Source: the human T2T-CHM13v2.0 reference genome, Homo sapiens. From it: a stretch of 64,000 nt of DNA. The DNA is taken from NCBI RefSeq assembly GCF_009914755.1, contig NC_060944.1; one strand, written 5' to 3'. Shown here piece after piece: positions 1 through 39,940 of this stretch. Position 1 is the stretch's first letter; every line of letters starts with the position of its first letter. Below the pieces are notes generated by a model, which was not told where the DNA came from, made no database searches, and saw nothing but the letters and a program-made list of their open reading frames with translations. The translations under genes were made by a program, and so were the position numbers.

Positions 1-287
1 TCCAGCCATTTTCTTTACTGTCATTTCTTATTTTCTCCACTGTACCCTATTCTCTTTGTCCTCCAGATTGAAGTCACAAGTCTCAGCTTAAACATAATTT
101 CCCTGGAAAGGACTTCTTGACCTCTTTCTGAGGTCGCTGCATTTTTTAAAAAAAATTGTTAGAGATAGCTTCTCTTTTCTCCTTTTTTGCCGTTAGCACC
201 AGATGAATTGTGTCTCTGATTCAGCTATATCCCAGCACCTGACACCTAGTAGGCACTCAGTAAGTATTTCCTCAATGGATTAAGTGA

Positions 288-680
<393 letters not shown>

Positions 681-731
681 TAAATGACTTTAGGAGTATT
701 TAAGCAATGCAAGCTAATCTGGACAATCTAG

Positions 732-1102
<371 letters not shown>

Positions 1103-2049
1103 GACCCAATTACTTTTAAATCATTGTGACTTATAGGCTGAATGTAATGGTTTCATTACGGGTTGTTAATCCATTTAACAATAAATGGATTAACCAACCT
1201 GTTGGTTGAAGGAGAAGTGAGCTGAATAATCCCCAATTCCGTAGGCACAATTAGTTATACATACATTAATTGGTCCGCTTTCAATTCTGGCACTATTTTT
1301 TAAAAAATCTAAGAGGAGAGGTAGGAGGAGTTTAACAGCCATCTATTCTTTCCAACATTTTGAGAAAGCAAGTGAAAATGAACCCTGAAACAAGCCAACA
1401 GCAGGGGCACTCATTAACTTAATACACTTTAATCTTGTGAATAGAAGCTGGAGCTGGATCCTTTGAATCGGAGCTGCAGACTTCCACCTCCAACCACCTG
1501 CAGGACATCTCCGCATGGGTGTTCTGTTGGCACCTCTAACTCAGCACAACCCAATGAACTCATTATCATCCCATGCAGAAACCTGCCCTCCTCCTGGGTT
1601 CCCTGTCTCAGCCATGGGCCATCCCCAGGCACACAAGCTGGGGGTCACAGCAGCATCTTCCCTGCCCCTGTTCCTGGCCCCCATCTCCCACCCCCAAGGC
1701 TGTTGTATCCTCTGGACTTGACCCCAACTTCACAGCAGTTAGCCACAGCTCCTTCTCAGCAACCCCCTCCATTAATGCTCACGGAAGCTTCTTAATTTAC
1801 ATTCTCACCTTCTCACTTCCTTCTGTAAGGCCCCCTCAGCTAGGAGAAATGCCTTTGAAAATTCAGATATGTCCTTTCACCCGCTCAGAGCAAGAAAAAA
1901 AAAATCCAAACGTTTCATCTTCCTCATAATGATGCATACTTGCTGAGCACCTACCATGTGCAAGCTCTCTGCTCAGTGCTTGGCATACCTCATTACATTC
2001 AATCCTTAGAGATGGCCCTCAGTTAATACAGACCTAACTCCCTCCCAAG

Positions 2050-2481
2050 ATCTGGCCCTCCCTGCCTTGCCCACCTCATCTAGATTTCTCCTTGGCCTGC
2101 CAGGTGCCGCTCTCAGTGGCCTTTCTGTTCCAAGTACGCATGCCTGGCCTTTGCCCTGGCAGTTCTGCTCTCTGGAAATGCTCTTGCCTGGGTCTTAGCT
2201 AGCTTGCCCCTTTCATGACATGACTCAGTTCAAATGTAAGCTGCTCAGCAGCCATCTCTGATCTCCCCAAGAAGATTCTATTATCACAGAATACTAGCAC
2301 TGATCACCTTCTGTCTTTATCTTATTTGTTCCCCCCACCCCCTCCCCCCATTCAGCTCCTTCAGTAGAATGTAGGCTCTACCCGGACAAGGATCAGGTCC
2401 AACTTGTTCACCGAGCTCCAGGGAGCAGCGCAGTGCTGGGCACTTAGGGAACACTCAATAAACATTTGTTGAATAAATGAA
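2050..2481 (+). mobile_element. L2 3'-end relic
   Basis: Ends in the L2-typical CTCAATAAACATTTGTTGAATAAATGAA. Confidence 0.6.
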
Positions 2482-2580
2482 GACATATTCCCTGATAAGT
2501 TCTCCAAAAGTAGTCACTATTATCAATCTTCTGGAGCTCTTTTCTCTAATACTCTTTCCTTACTGACATGGGCATTACCT

Positions 2581-2880
2581 TTCTTTTTTTTCTTTATAGA
2601 CAGGGTCTCACTTTGTCACACAGGCTGAAATGCAATGGCACGACCATAGCAAACTGTAACCTCAAACTCCTGGGCTGAAGCAATCCTCCTGCCTCAGCCT
2701 CCCGAGCAGCTAGGACTACAGGCGTGCATCACCATACCTGGCTGGGGGCGGGGGAAGGGGGGGGGCGGTGTCTCGCTATGTTGCCCAGGTTGGTCTCAAA
2801 CTCTTGCCTCAAGCAATCCTCCCACCTTGGCCTCCCAAAGTGCTGGGATTACAGGTGTGAGCCGCGGCGCTCAGCCACGG
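2581..2880 (-). mobile_element. Alu (AluJ-like) with G-rich replaced linker
   Basis: Diverged Alu consensus in antisense. Confidence 0.85.
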
Positions 2881-2944
2881 GCGTTACCTTTCAAAGCATC
2901 CAGATTTTATGGCGTTAATCTCCCTGTTTAAAATTTTCTGTGAT

Positions 2945-3130
2945 TTGGACACAAAGATGGGAACAACAGACATGGGGTATTCCAAAAGGCAGAAGGTGTG
3001 GAGGGGGGTAAAGGCTGAAAAAGTTGCCGAAAGGATTAGAAGCATCACGCAATATACCAATGTAACAAACCTGCACACGCACCGAATCTAAAATTAAAAC
3101 AAAACAAAAACACAACAACCAAACAAAAAC
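2945..3130 (+). mobile_element. L1 3'-end fragment (L1PB/L1MA-like)
   Basis: GGACACAAAGATGGGAACAACAGAC...CATCACGCAATATACC...TGTAACAAACCTGCAC plus an A-rich tail. Confidence 0.7.
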
Positions 3131-3349
3131 CTTTCCGTGATCATCAGGAGGCTGTCATATTCTCACCCCCTACTTCACGCTGGGAATCGAGCTGCGGGCT
3201 TTACAACAGCGTCAGCTGCTCCCTTTGGCAACGACCAGAGAGGTCCTTTCTCCAGAGATTTTTGTCAGCTCTGGGCACTTTTGCTTTGTGGGCCTATCTT
3301 CCACTTTATAAAAAATTAAAAATGCTACTTTCCACTGCATTCAGTACTT

Positions 3350-4013
<664 letters not shown>

Positions 4014-4406
4014 GCGTTTAGTACTTTTTACCAAAACTAAAAGAAATTAAAACACTTTCGTGGGTCCTGGACACTTCCGGAAGGATTTGTTTCCAGCTGC
4101 CAGATGAGGAAACTGGGGCTCGCAGAGCCGGCGCCGCAGGGGAGGGGCTGTGCACGAATCCAGTGGGAAACCTCTCTCCGGAGCTAAGCCCCTGGTCCAC
4201 CCGGGCATCGCTCCGGGATCGACTGGGGGCGTTCCTTCCGCCGGTCCCCTTTGTTCCCAGTGCCGAGCCCGCGGCCCTGCCCTTCCTCCAGGCCCCGCCC
4301 CTTCTTCCAGGCCCCGCCTCCCGCCCGGGCCGAGGCGCGCGGCCGCGCGTGCGCCCGCCCGCCCGTCCCCGCCTCGCGCATGCGCCGCGCTCGCTCGCGG
4401 GAGGGC

Positions 4407-17777
<13,371 letters not shown>

Positions 17778-18305
17778 TTTAGAGCATCCTCCAGAGCTGA
17801 AGCAGAACATTCCAGAACCCGTTGTGGAAAAACCCTTTCAAGAAGCTGTTTTAAGAGGCTCGGGCAGCGTCTTGAAAATGGGCACCGCTGGGAGGAGGTG
17901 GATGACTTCTTTACAAAGGAAAATGGTAGCAGCTTCAGTGAGAAACTGCCCTTACAAACAGTCCCTTCTCTGCTGTCAATCCAATACTGCTCCCAAATCC
18001 TGTTTTCAGTGTTCATTTCCCTCAAGGCAGGCGCTGGGCTCCCACGACCCCTCAGGACAGATCTGGCCGTCAGCCGCGGGCCGCTGGGAACTCCACTCGG
18101 GGAACTCCTTTCCAAGCTGACCTCAGTTTTCTCACAAGAACCCAGTTAGCTGATGTTTTATTGTAATTGTCTTAATTTGCTAAGAACAAGTAATAAGTAA
18201 ATTTTTAAAAAGCCTTTCTGCTGGGTTGGATTAAGTCCTGATGTGACATTGTTTTTGTGTGCGAATAAGGCACGGGCAGCCTCAGTCTCGTGCAGAGCCA
18301 GATAC

Positions 18306-18311
18306 TTTATT
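18306..18311 (-). terminator. CTSZ polyadenylation signal
   Basis: TTTATT on plus = AATAAA on minus, ~440 nt after the CTSZ stop. Confidence 0.75.
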
Positions 18312-18749
18312 CATCACTTGGGCGATTTGAAACTGCCAACTCCCTCCCTCCCTCCCCCACCCTTGATTCTAAAGTGACATAAGAATGGTGATAAGTCTGA
18401 ACTCTTTCACCTCTTAAATGCCATATTATTGCCCACAGTTGCCAAATACAAAATATCAAGTCCTCTGCTGAAGAAGACTGAGGTCCCATCGTTTCCTGTG
18501 TCGCAGGTCACTTCTTCACCAGGTGGCTGACTGCATCATTGTGAGGCAGAGCCATGCTGTGCAAGTGTCATAAGTCATCCCACTTTCAACTCTCAGGAAC
18601 ACTCGCAGCCAGTACCACGCTGTCCTCGCCATCCAATATTGATAGCCACCCCAGTTCCTGCCAGCCAGCCTGGCACACATAACCATAGGATCCCCTCTGG
18701 TCATGGGTCACCATGCCTTTTCTTAAACTGCGCTTCTAGTGACATGGCC

Positions 18750-30232
<11,483 letters not shown>

Positions 30233-32584
30233 GGCCCCGCGCCGGCTCCTGGGTCCCGCTCCGGATCCCGCTCCGAGTCCCAGATCCCGCGCCGGCTCCC
30301 GCTCTGGATCCCGCCCCGGCCTCGGCCTCGGCCCCGGCCCAGCACCCGGCCGACCCCGCACTTTGGGCCCCTGCCCCGCCCGGCCCTTAAGGCTGCGGCG
30401 GCCAGGCCGGGACACTCCCCCGGGGCGGGGCTGTCCCATCGCTGCTCCTGCCCCGCCCGGTGACCCCTGCCCTCCCCGCCCGGCTCCGCGCCCCGCTCCC
30501 TCCCTGGCTCCGGGGCACCTGAACTCGCGGGCCAGGCGCGAGGTCGCCGGGCAGACCCCAAGCCTGACCCCGCCGCCGGCCGCCGCCCTGAGCGCGGGAC
30601 TGTCCGGCTGGACTCATTTGCCGGGGTTCCTGGCTTCGGGGTGGGGGGCCGCAGGCTCATGGGCCCCCTTGGCCCTGCATTCCTGGGGCCCTGAGCCCTG
30701 GGGAGAGGCCCCCAGCCTCACATCTGGGCCCAGGCCTCCCCTAGGAAGGGATCCTGGGATGCGGCCACCGCCCCCAAAGAAGGGTCCCCGCGCCTGGCTT
30801 TCTAAACCCCTTTTCCCAAAGGCCCAGGCCCTTTCGGGGGGACGGTTCCCTTTTGCAGAGAAGGAAGGAGGGATCCTTCTAGAAAATGCCCCAAAGGAAG
30901 ATTCCACTTGGCGCAGGCATCAGGAGTTATCCAATGTGACTTCCAAAGACGCCTTGAAAAGGTTTTCTGCTAACGAAACTCTTCTTAGTCAAATGAGGAA
31001 CCAAAAGCAGAAGTGGCCCCCCAGGACGTGGTTTTGTAACTGGGGGAGGGCTTCTCGCTCCCTGCGGCCCCTCTGTTTGTCATGGCCCTTGGGCCCACAC
31101 CATGGCCTTCTTCTCTGGTAAGAACAGGGCCCGGCATTCTGGGCTGCGACCTGACAGGCCCCTGCTGGGGGCCCTTGGCACAGGGCCCACAGATGAGCTT
31201 GCCTGACTCTCTCCATACTCAGTGGCACTCACCACATTCCAAGCGTGCCACGTGGGCAAGGGGAAGTCACAGTGGCTGCCTCCTGACTTCCAGAAGCTTC
31301 CATGACCATTCCCGGAAGCGCTGAGGTGGCCATGGAATCCCCGCATGACTGTCCGAGTGGAGAGCAAGGCTGGAGAGCTGCTTCGTCAGCCCAGAAGTTT
31401 CAGTCCTTGTTCCCCAAAAAGTGGTCACTGAGGCAAAGTGTGGCCCCGGGGCTCTACCTACTGATGTGTCTCTTATTTGTTTGGCAAGTCGCTCATGGAA
31501 ACCATTAGTGTCCATCAGTCATCAGAAGGCGGGGTGGGGTGGCCATCCTGGGAGAAGTCCCCAAGCTTGAGCTGGCGGTGGGGGTGGGAGCCAGGCCTCC
31601 CAACCTCTGGGCATAAAAGGAGTGGAAAGAGAATTGCCAAGAGGGGGCCTTTCTTCCTCCCATGTCAACCCTCTGGCCTCCCTGACTACAGGAGCTGGGT
31701 CCTTGTGAGGAAGAAACCCAGACACAGCTGCCCTTGCCAGGTCATCAGGTGGCATCTACCAAAGCGGCCGGTTTTTGGCTTCTTCTAAAGAAAAAGCTAA
31801 GAACTCACAAAATTGTGTGGTAAGAGATATCGTGCCCCTCCCTCCAGGTACCCATAGTTATGATCCAGGTACTGTGAAGTCCAACAGCACATTCTACAGC
31901 ATGAGAAACAAGCCTGGAGAGGGGAGGGCCCCTTGTGCTTGGCCTCTGATGCCTGAGCTGTGATGTCCTGGGCCCTGGTCCCTGAATCTGGGTGAAAAGG
32001 CACCCAAGGTGTAAGCTTTTCTTTCCTGTAGCATGGGGAGAGCTGGGGTGCTCTGAAGATGCCCCGAGACTCTCCGAGCAGGTCCAGCGCATGTAGAAGG
32101 TATGACAGGCATGGTCAGCAAGGCAGGCACACGACCCCTGCAGTCACATGAGGCCCTAAGTCCAGAAGTGTAATGCAGAGCTGAACGAGGGGCTCTCCAG
32201 GTTCACTGTGCCCTGGGCCCTGCAAATTATGTAGCTGGGTCTGATGACAGCAACCACACCTGCTCCATCACAAGTCCTGTACATCACCCGCTTTCAGCCC
32301 AGAGCCTCTGGCAAATCAAACTCACAAACAGGGGTCAGGAGGAGGGGTGAGATGGTCAGGAAGGGGAATAAACATTCACAGTCCTGCTCCCAAATGCTGG
32401 CACAAAGCTTAATTTATCTGGGGAGTTCCAAAGAGGAGACTCTCCGGATTTACCCTATTGAAAGTTGGTTAAAGGGAAGGATATTTTTAGGCTGGTAACA
32501 AAAAGGACGTCCAAAGTTGACAACTTGTGCCCCCTGGGTTTCCCTAACATAGAAGCAATTCAAGATCAGAATCTGATGGAATAG

Positions 32585-32936
<352 letters not shown>

Positions 32937-34632
32937 CTGAAATCATCATTTTCAAGCCAAGAAGGAAGGAAGGGGGCCTGATGAGACTTATCTCTCCAGC
33001 CTCTTCTCATGGGTCCAACACAGCAAACCACGCAGAGACAGGGCTCCTCATCTCTGAACCTGGCCCTAGTCGAGTGGATGCATGTCTGGCTGCCAGACTG
33101 CTCCGAGAAGCTGGCGGGCTGTGTCATTTTGGGGGTTACTAAAATCGTGCAGCAGAGGATCCTAAATAGGATTTTTGGTTTTCTTGGTTTTGGGGTTTTT
33201 GTTGGTTGTTTTTGTTTTTCCCTTAACTCGATGCAAGATCTTAAACATGTTCCTTGTGGGGGCGGGGTTGGGGATGGCCACAAACCCACCCAAACTCAAA
33301 TTCCAGTGCTGCTATTAGTGAAGGATGTTTAGCTGGAGGAGTTCTCTGAAGGGCACACAGATAAAACCAGGAGGTGTCTGGGACTGGAAAAAGAGGAGGG
33401 AGCACATTGGGAACCTGATAGACAGGCCACCCCAGCCATTTCTTGCTGGGGACTGCTTGCTGGGGGTTGAGTTTAGCCCCAGAGCTGTGTCTCTCTCTTC
33501 AAAGCAGACTCACCTGCAGAGCAGCTTGGGGACTCTTGGAAACCGGAAAGGTGTTTCCTCCTGACTTGGCTGCAGGTGCCTGCAAGGTGGTTTTGTGGAT
33601 ACTGACTCTTCTTCTCATCTGGGCCGGGATCCGAAGAGGCTTGGGGCAGGGCACTTGGACCTTCCTACCTCTGAGGCCCTACTTGCCTAAGCATTGCTTC
33701 TAGCAGCTCTTTATAAGCAGCTGTGTGCCACCGCCTTCCAGCTTGGGGCAGAATTGAGTAGGTATTTAGAGCAAGGCGTCTCCCCTGAAACCACTTTGCC
33801 TGGAAAGCTTGGCACCTATCCTGGGTTTTCCTTCCTGGAGGTAACGGAGTCATTCCTGCTCCCAGTGGTGCTTGAGGGCAGAGGGCTGAGCCAATGACAT
33901 TCTAGAGGACTGTGCAGCCGCATTTGATCCTTTGCACAATGCTGTGAGGTGGGGGTGGGGGTTGGGAGGCAGATGCTATTACTCCATTCTACTGGCGAAA
34001 AGACTGAGCCTCTGGAGATGTCAGGTGACCTGTGCTCAGCACGAGGCTCCTGGGTGGCAGGTTCCAATCCAGTCCCTTTTTTTTTTTTTTTTTTTAACCC
34101 CATGAATTCTCCTGGAAAACACATGATCCAAGGCCACAGACACAAAAGCCTATTCATTTCTAAAAATAAGGCTGATTTTTCTCCTCATTCTGATAAAGAT
34201 CAGCACTCAGGCCACGGCTGGCCCACCTTCCCAACCTGGAGGAGGAGAACACAGATGAGTTTTCATCGACTGTGGAATGGCCTCGAAATCCTTTTTCTTC
34301 TTCCTTTGTGCCATATTGTCTGGCTTCCACCCCGGCAAGCTGCAGACATTTCCTATTATTCCACATTCCTGAGTTTAGCCACATCCTGGATACCGGCATT
34401 TGTTTGGGTGGATGCCGACAATGCTCGCTGGGCTAGGCTGGTTTTGCAGGGCACGACGGTTCCCTCACCAGCTACAGGAGTTCCTCTTGATCCACTTGGT
34501 CAACGGGTCAGAGGCACTCGCTAACACCCAGATATCTCTGCAGTGCAGGCCTTCAGATAGGGCGGGCCAGGTTTGCAATCCACCATGCCACTGTCCCCAA
34601 GCACCACCATGCATCACATCCTGGCCTGGTTG

Positions 34633-35636
<1,004 letters not shown>

Positions 35637-37571
35637 TGACATTGATGAAGGCAGCCTCATCAGTATCACCTTTGGGACACACCCTGTGCAGCACAGCATG
35701 TAACAGACACAGCCCACCCATGAACTCACCAGGAAGTCTTTCAAAGGGGCACTCAATGACTACCCGATTGAATTTGTTTGCCCTCTAAAGTTAGGCTGTC
35801 AGCAAATATTTGTTGAGCACCTAGTATGTGCAGGCTACTGTTTTCTTCCCCGGGGATTCGGCAGTGAACAAAGTCCCTGTCTGCAAGGACTTATGTTTTC
35901 TGCATAAGGGAACATGTGGAAAAGTAAAATGCTCAGGAGGTAGGAAGTGCTTGCAAACAGTTAAAACGGGGAACAGGAGAGACGGAGGGTCTCTGGAGAA
36001 GTTTGGTCTGGGACCATTCTTTTAGGTATCCAGTGAGTTGGGATTGAATAATGACAGTCATGGAAGGTGCTGGAAGGAGACTCAGCAGAAGGAAGAGTGT
36101 CTGCAGAGGCCTGAGAATGTGAGTGCACTGGGTAAGTGTGTGATGCACTGGGGAAAGCCCTTGGGGAGGCTGCGGACAGGTGGGCTCAGCCTCCAAGCTG
36201 CAGGGACCATGCGGGCACTCAGGCCAGCTTCACACGGCCAGCCCACCTCTCCCCTTCCCTCCCCTTTCTGCCATCTGACAGAGGCTCTGCTGGCCTCCTT
36301 CATCCCCCACCTAATTTCCCTGCCCAGCGGGTTTCCCATCCCTGTCTCATGGGGCGTGTGCATTTTGGAAGATCTGAAGGCACACATCGGCCTTCCTTTT
36401 GTAAGAGGTTTGGGTTTTCTCCCGGTTGCCACTGGCTTTCCAGGAGGGCAGTGGCTGAGAGCTGATTTCTGTTTGTAAGATCCCTCTGGTGACTGTGGGA
36501 AGGATGCTGTGAGTGGAGTCAGCTGTGGGACAGGAAGGGCCCTGGAGGGGAGAGCCACAGGTGATGGATGAGGAATGCTGTTTGAGAGAAGGGGAGAGTA
36601 GATGCATCAGGACATCCACCTGGGAGCAGGACTTGCAGGATGCAGTTACAGAGTGAGGAGCAGGGGACGTGAGCACCCCGGGCTCCTGGAGCCTGCCTCT
36701 TGGCCCCTTGAATTGTACCCCTGGATGTAGGTGTCTGAGGACCTGCAATCCGTTTCTGGTTCTGCCACATTATCCTGAGACTTGAACATGTCAATTCCTC
36801 TCTGAGCCTTAGTTTCTTCTTGAAGGTGGTGGTGTCATGCAGGCTAAACGAGGGAGCATGTGGGAGACGGTGGCGGCGGCAGAGAAACTGGTAAAGACCG
36901 GCAGAGCGGGAGGCTAGTGCTGCTTTCACCCTCTAAGTCCCTGGAGGGCAGGGCCCATATTTTCTACTTTTCTGAGGTCCCTCAAAACTAATATATCCGA
37001 GATTTCTTGGACAAACACTGGGCTTGAAGAAGTACATATTTTTGTTCAATTTCAGCTCCAGGTGCTGACCCATTTTATGCTTATCTGTTCATGCCACAGA
37101 ACATCGCTTATCACTAGCTGCAACTTCGGGAGACAGGAAAGATGCAAGTGAGAAGGTTCATGTGTCCATCTCTTAGATCTTCGCGCAGTTCAGGGGAAGT
37201 GGTGGTGGTGGTAGGTGTGTGTGTGCGCGCGTGTGTGTGTTATCTCCTGTAAATCAGAGTTGCCACAGCCTGCATGCTGCTCACCAGTGCACCTGGAGAG
37301 ACAGCAAGATGTTTCCACCCTCTGGGCTTGGAGGCTGGACAGGTGTGAGGAGCAGCCAGAGTCTGCCTGGTACAGGAACCATGAGCATCTCAGCTGTGGG
37401 GGAAGAAGGTTAACACTCCTGGCTCAGCGAAAACCAGCAATGTCCTCCTAGTCTCTCTCCTCTTGTAGTTAGTTACTCATCCTCCTAGAACTTTCTTTTC
37501 CAGTAAGAGAACACACACCGAGCAGGGTACAAGAAAGTGGAGCTCAGCTCCTCTGGCGGGCTGCCTACACC

Positions 37572-37582
37572 TGCTGAGTCAC
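37572..37582 (+). promoter_or_regulatory. Consensus NF-E2/MARE site ~5 kb upstream of TUBB1
   Basis: TGCTGAGTCAC matches TGCTGAGTCAY; GATA motifs nearby at 37081, 37108 and 37240. Function is inferred. Confidence 0.55.
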
Positions 37583-39790
37583 CCATAATGGCCCCTCAGA
37601 TGTCATTTTCTTGCTAAGACATTTGGAAAAATTTCCTGGTTCTAAATCACACGCAAACAGTATAATTCAACAATCTTCTCTGAGTTATTCAGGGAACTTC
37701 AACGCACTCAGAAGTGGAAGATCGGGGCGGATGAAATCAATGAATTCTCTGAGTGCTCTGTTTTTCTCTGAATTCTATTTCATTTGCCAAATGGAGGGTG
37801 GGGGCAGCTCCATCTGACCCCTGGGGGATAACTCCTGGGGGAAGTCTGGAAGCAGCCGATTCGGGGTTTCTGGGTGACACTGGTTTTTCTTATCTTCCCG
37901 GTTCTATTTCTGTAATAGACGCAAGTGTCATGCAGGAAAAGGCTTGCTGCTGCGGAGCCTTCTGTGGATGGCTGTGACAGGCCACTGGAGGAGAGGGTTT
38001 CAGGCTCAGGGCTGGGCTGGTCCTGGTTGGGAATCTCAGTGTTGTGGGCCGTAGCGTCCTCACCACACTTGCTAGGAGGAAGCTCCTGCCCTCTGGGGCA
38101 ATGCTTGCTGATCTCCTCACCTAAATGCAGGCACTGCTAACCTGCCTTGGTCACAGCCCTTTGTTGGGGGGGCAGAAAACAACTTTGTCACTCATCACAG
38201 TGGCCACTGTGAATCGCTTGCTGCAGCTCAGGACGGGGGCCGTCACCTTCAGCCTGGCAAAACAGACCTTGGGGTCGTGCCGGCATCTCCAGGGGCAGTG
38301 TTCGCCTATGTCCTGCACAGGGCCCGCTTCTACCAGTCCGAGGGCAAGGCAGACTGTATTCCCCACCTCACTGCTGGCACTAAGGTGGCAATCAGAGGAG
38401 AGCTGTTTCCTCTGGGGAGCAGGTACCTTCAGAAACAAGGACAAGAGAGCTGAGACGGGACGCACGGCTTTCCAGACCTGCTGCCTTTCCTGCCACTCTG
38501 TTCTGCCCAGACATTTTAAATTGAGACAGGCCCCGATGTCCACGGCCATGTCAAGTCTGCCACACAGTAGGTGCTCCGTCTGTAGGTGTGGAATGCATCT
38601 CCCCCTCCCACCCTGCGAAGCCCACTTGAAAAATACCACCGGCAGCCACACGTTAGGGGTCAGCCCTGGCAGGCCCAGTCCTCACACCGACTTGTGACGT
38701 GGGGACTTTTATTTCATTTTTCACGTGAAAAAGTTCAGGTCTAGGGCGGAGATGGGCCCCTGGGTGGCGGAGCTGCCACTCCGTCCCTCACCCTCTCACA
38801 GCCCAGCGTCCAAAGCTCAGCACTCGCCTGGCCTGAATTAACATGGCCGGCGATACAAGAATCAAAGCAAACAGGGCTTCTCTCTTTTTCCTCCTTTTTG
38901 CCAACTGCCCCATTAACAGAAAAACCTTTTAAGCGCCCACCTGGAAACCTGGCTTTTTCCCCTCCCTAAGCAAACTAAGATGGCCAAGAGGAATGTGCTG
39001 CAGTGCGGAGGGTGGGCGGAGGACCCCAGCAGCCTGGATCCTGCTCACATGGCAAACAGTGAACCCAGGCAGACCAGAAATGCCCCTTGGGCCCAGCCCC
39101 GTGGTCCCTGCAGCAAGGCGGTTTGTGGCCAACAGGGGCTCCTTTCAGGAGCTGGGCCACAGAAGGCCACGGCTGCCCACCAGTCACACCTTCCCGTAAT
39201 AGCTCACTGCGGTTATTCCATCTATAGTCTGTCCCCAACATCCAGGTTTCTTGGAACAGTTTATATCTCCAGCCTAGACCACCTCTTATGGAATGGAGGA
39301 AAAAGGTGACCCCACCTGGAGAAGGACACACTCGTGAATAAATACATCACTGGCTTTAAGAACACAGCCCGCTCTGAGCATCACTGCTCAAACCTGCCCA
39401 GCTGTCAGTGTGCCCTTAACAAACATTTACTGAGGCCCTGCCATGGATCAGGCACTTTGGGGACTCAAAGATGAAACGACACAGGCAGCTCCCAGGCTGG
39501 CGGGAGATAAGGCATGTGTATAAGTAATTAGCAAACAGGACTGTGTGTGGGCACTGCAGGTTGAAGTGCTCTGGTCCCCAGGAGAGGAAGTGTCTCTGAT
39601 GAGGGACCTGCCTGTGGGAAGATCATGGAGCTGTCTTTGATCTTCGGAGAAGTCTGGTAGGCAGGGGCCCCTGGGTGGGGAGGGAGGCTCGGGAGAGCTG
39701 GTGGGGACAGAGACAAGGGGAAAAGAGGCCAAGGCACGCCAGGAGAAAGGCTGGAAGTGAGGCAAGATGGGCTAATGTCTATGGAAACAG

Positions 39791-39940
39791 AATGGTCTAT
39801 TCTTAATTTTAAAATGGTCTGTTTTAATTTCTGAAAAATATTGCTGGGGACCTATGAATAGGTCTGTTTTAATTTAAACAGATCATTAATAAAATGGTCT
39901 GTTTTAATTTCTGAAAAATACTGCTGAGGACCTGTGAATA
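39791..39940. repeat. Local 50-bp direct duplication with subrepeats
   Basis: 39811-39860 is repeated at 39891-39940 with 3 mismatches. Confidence 0.85.
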
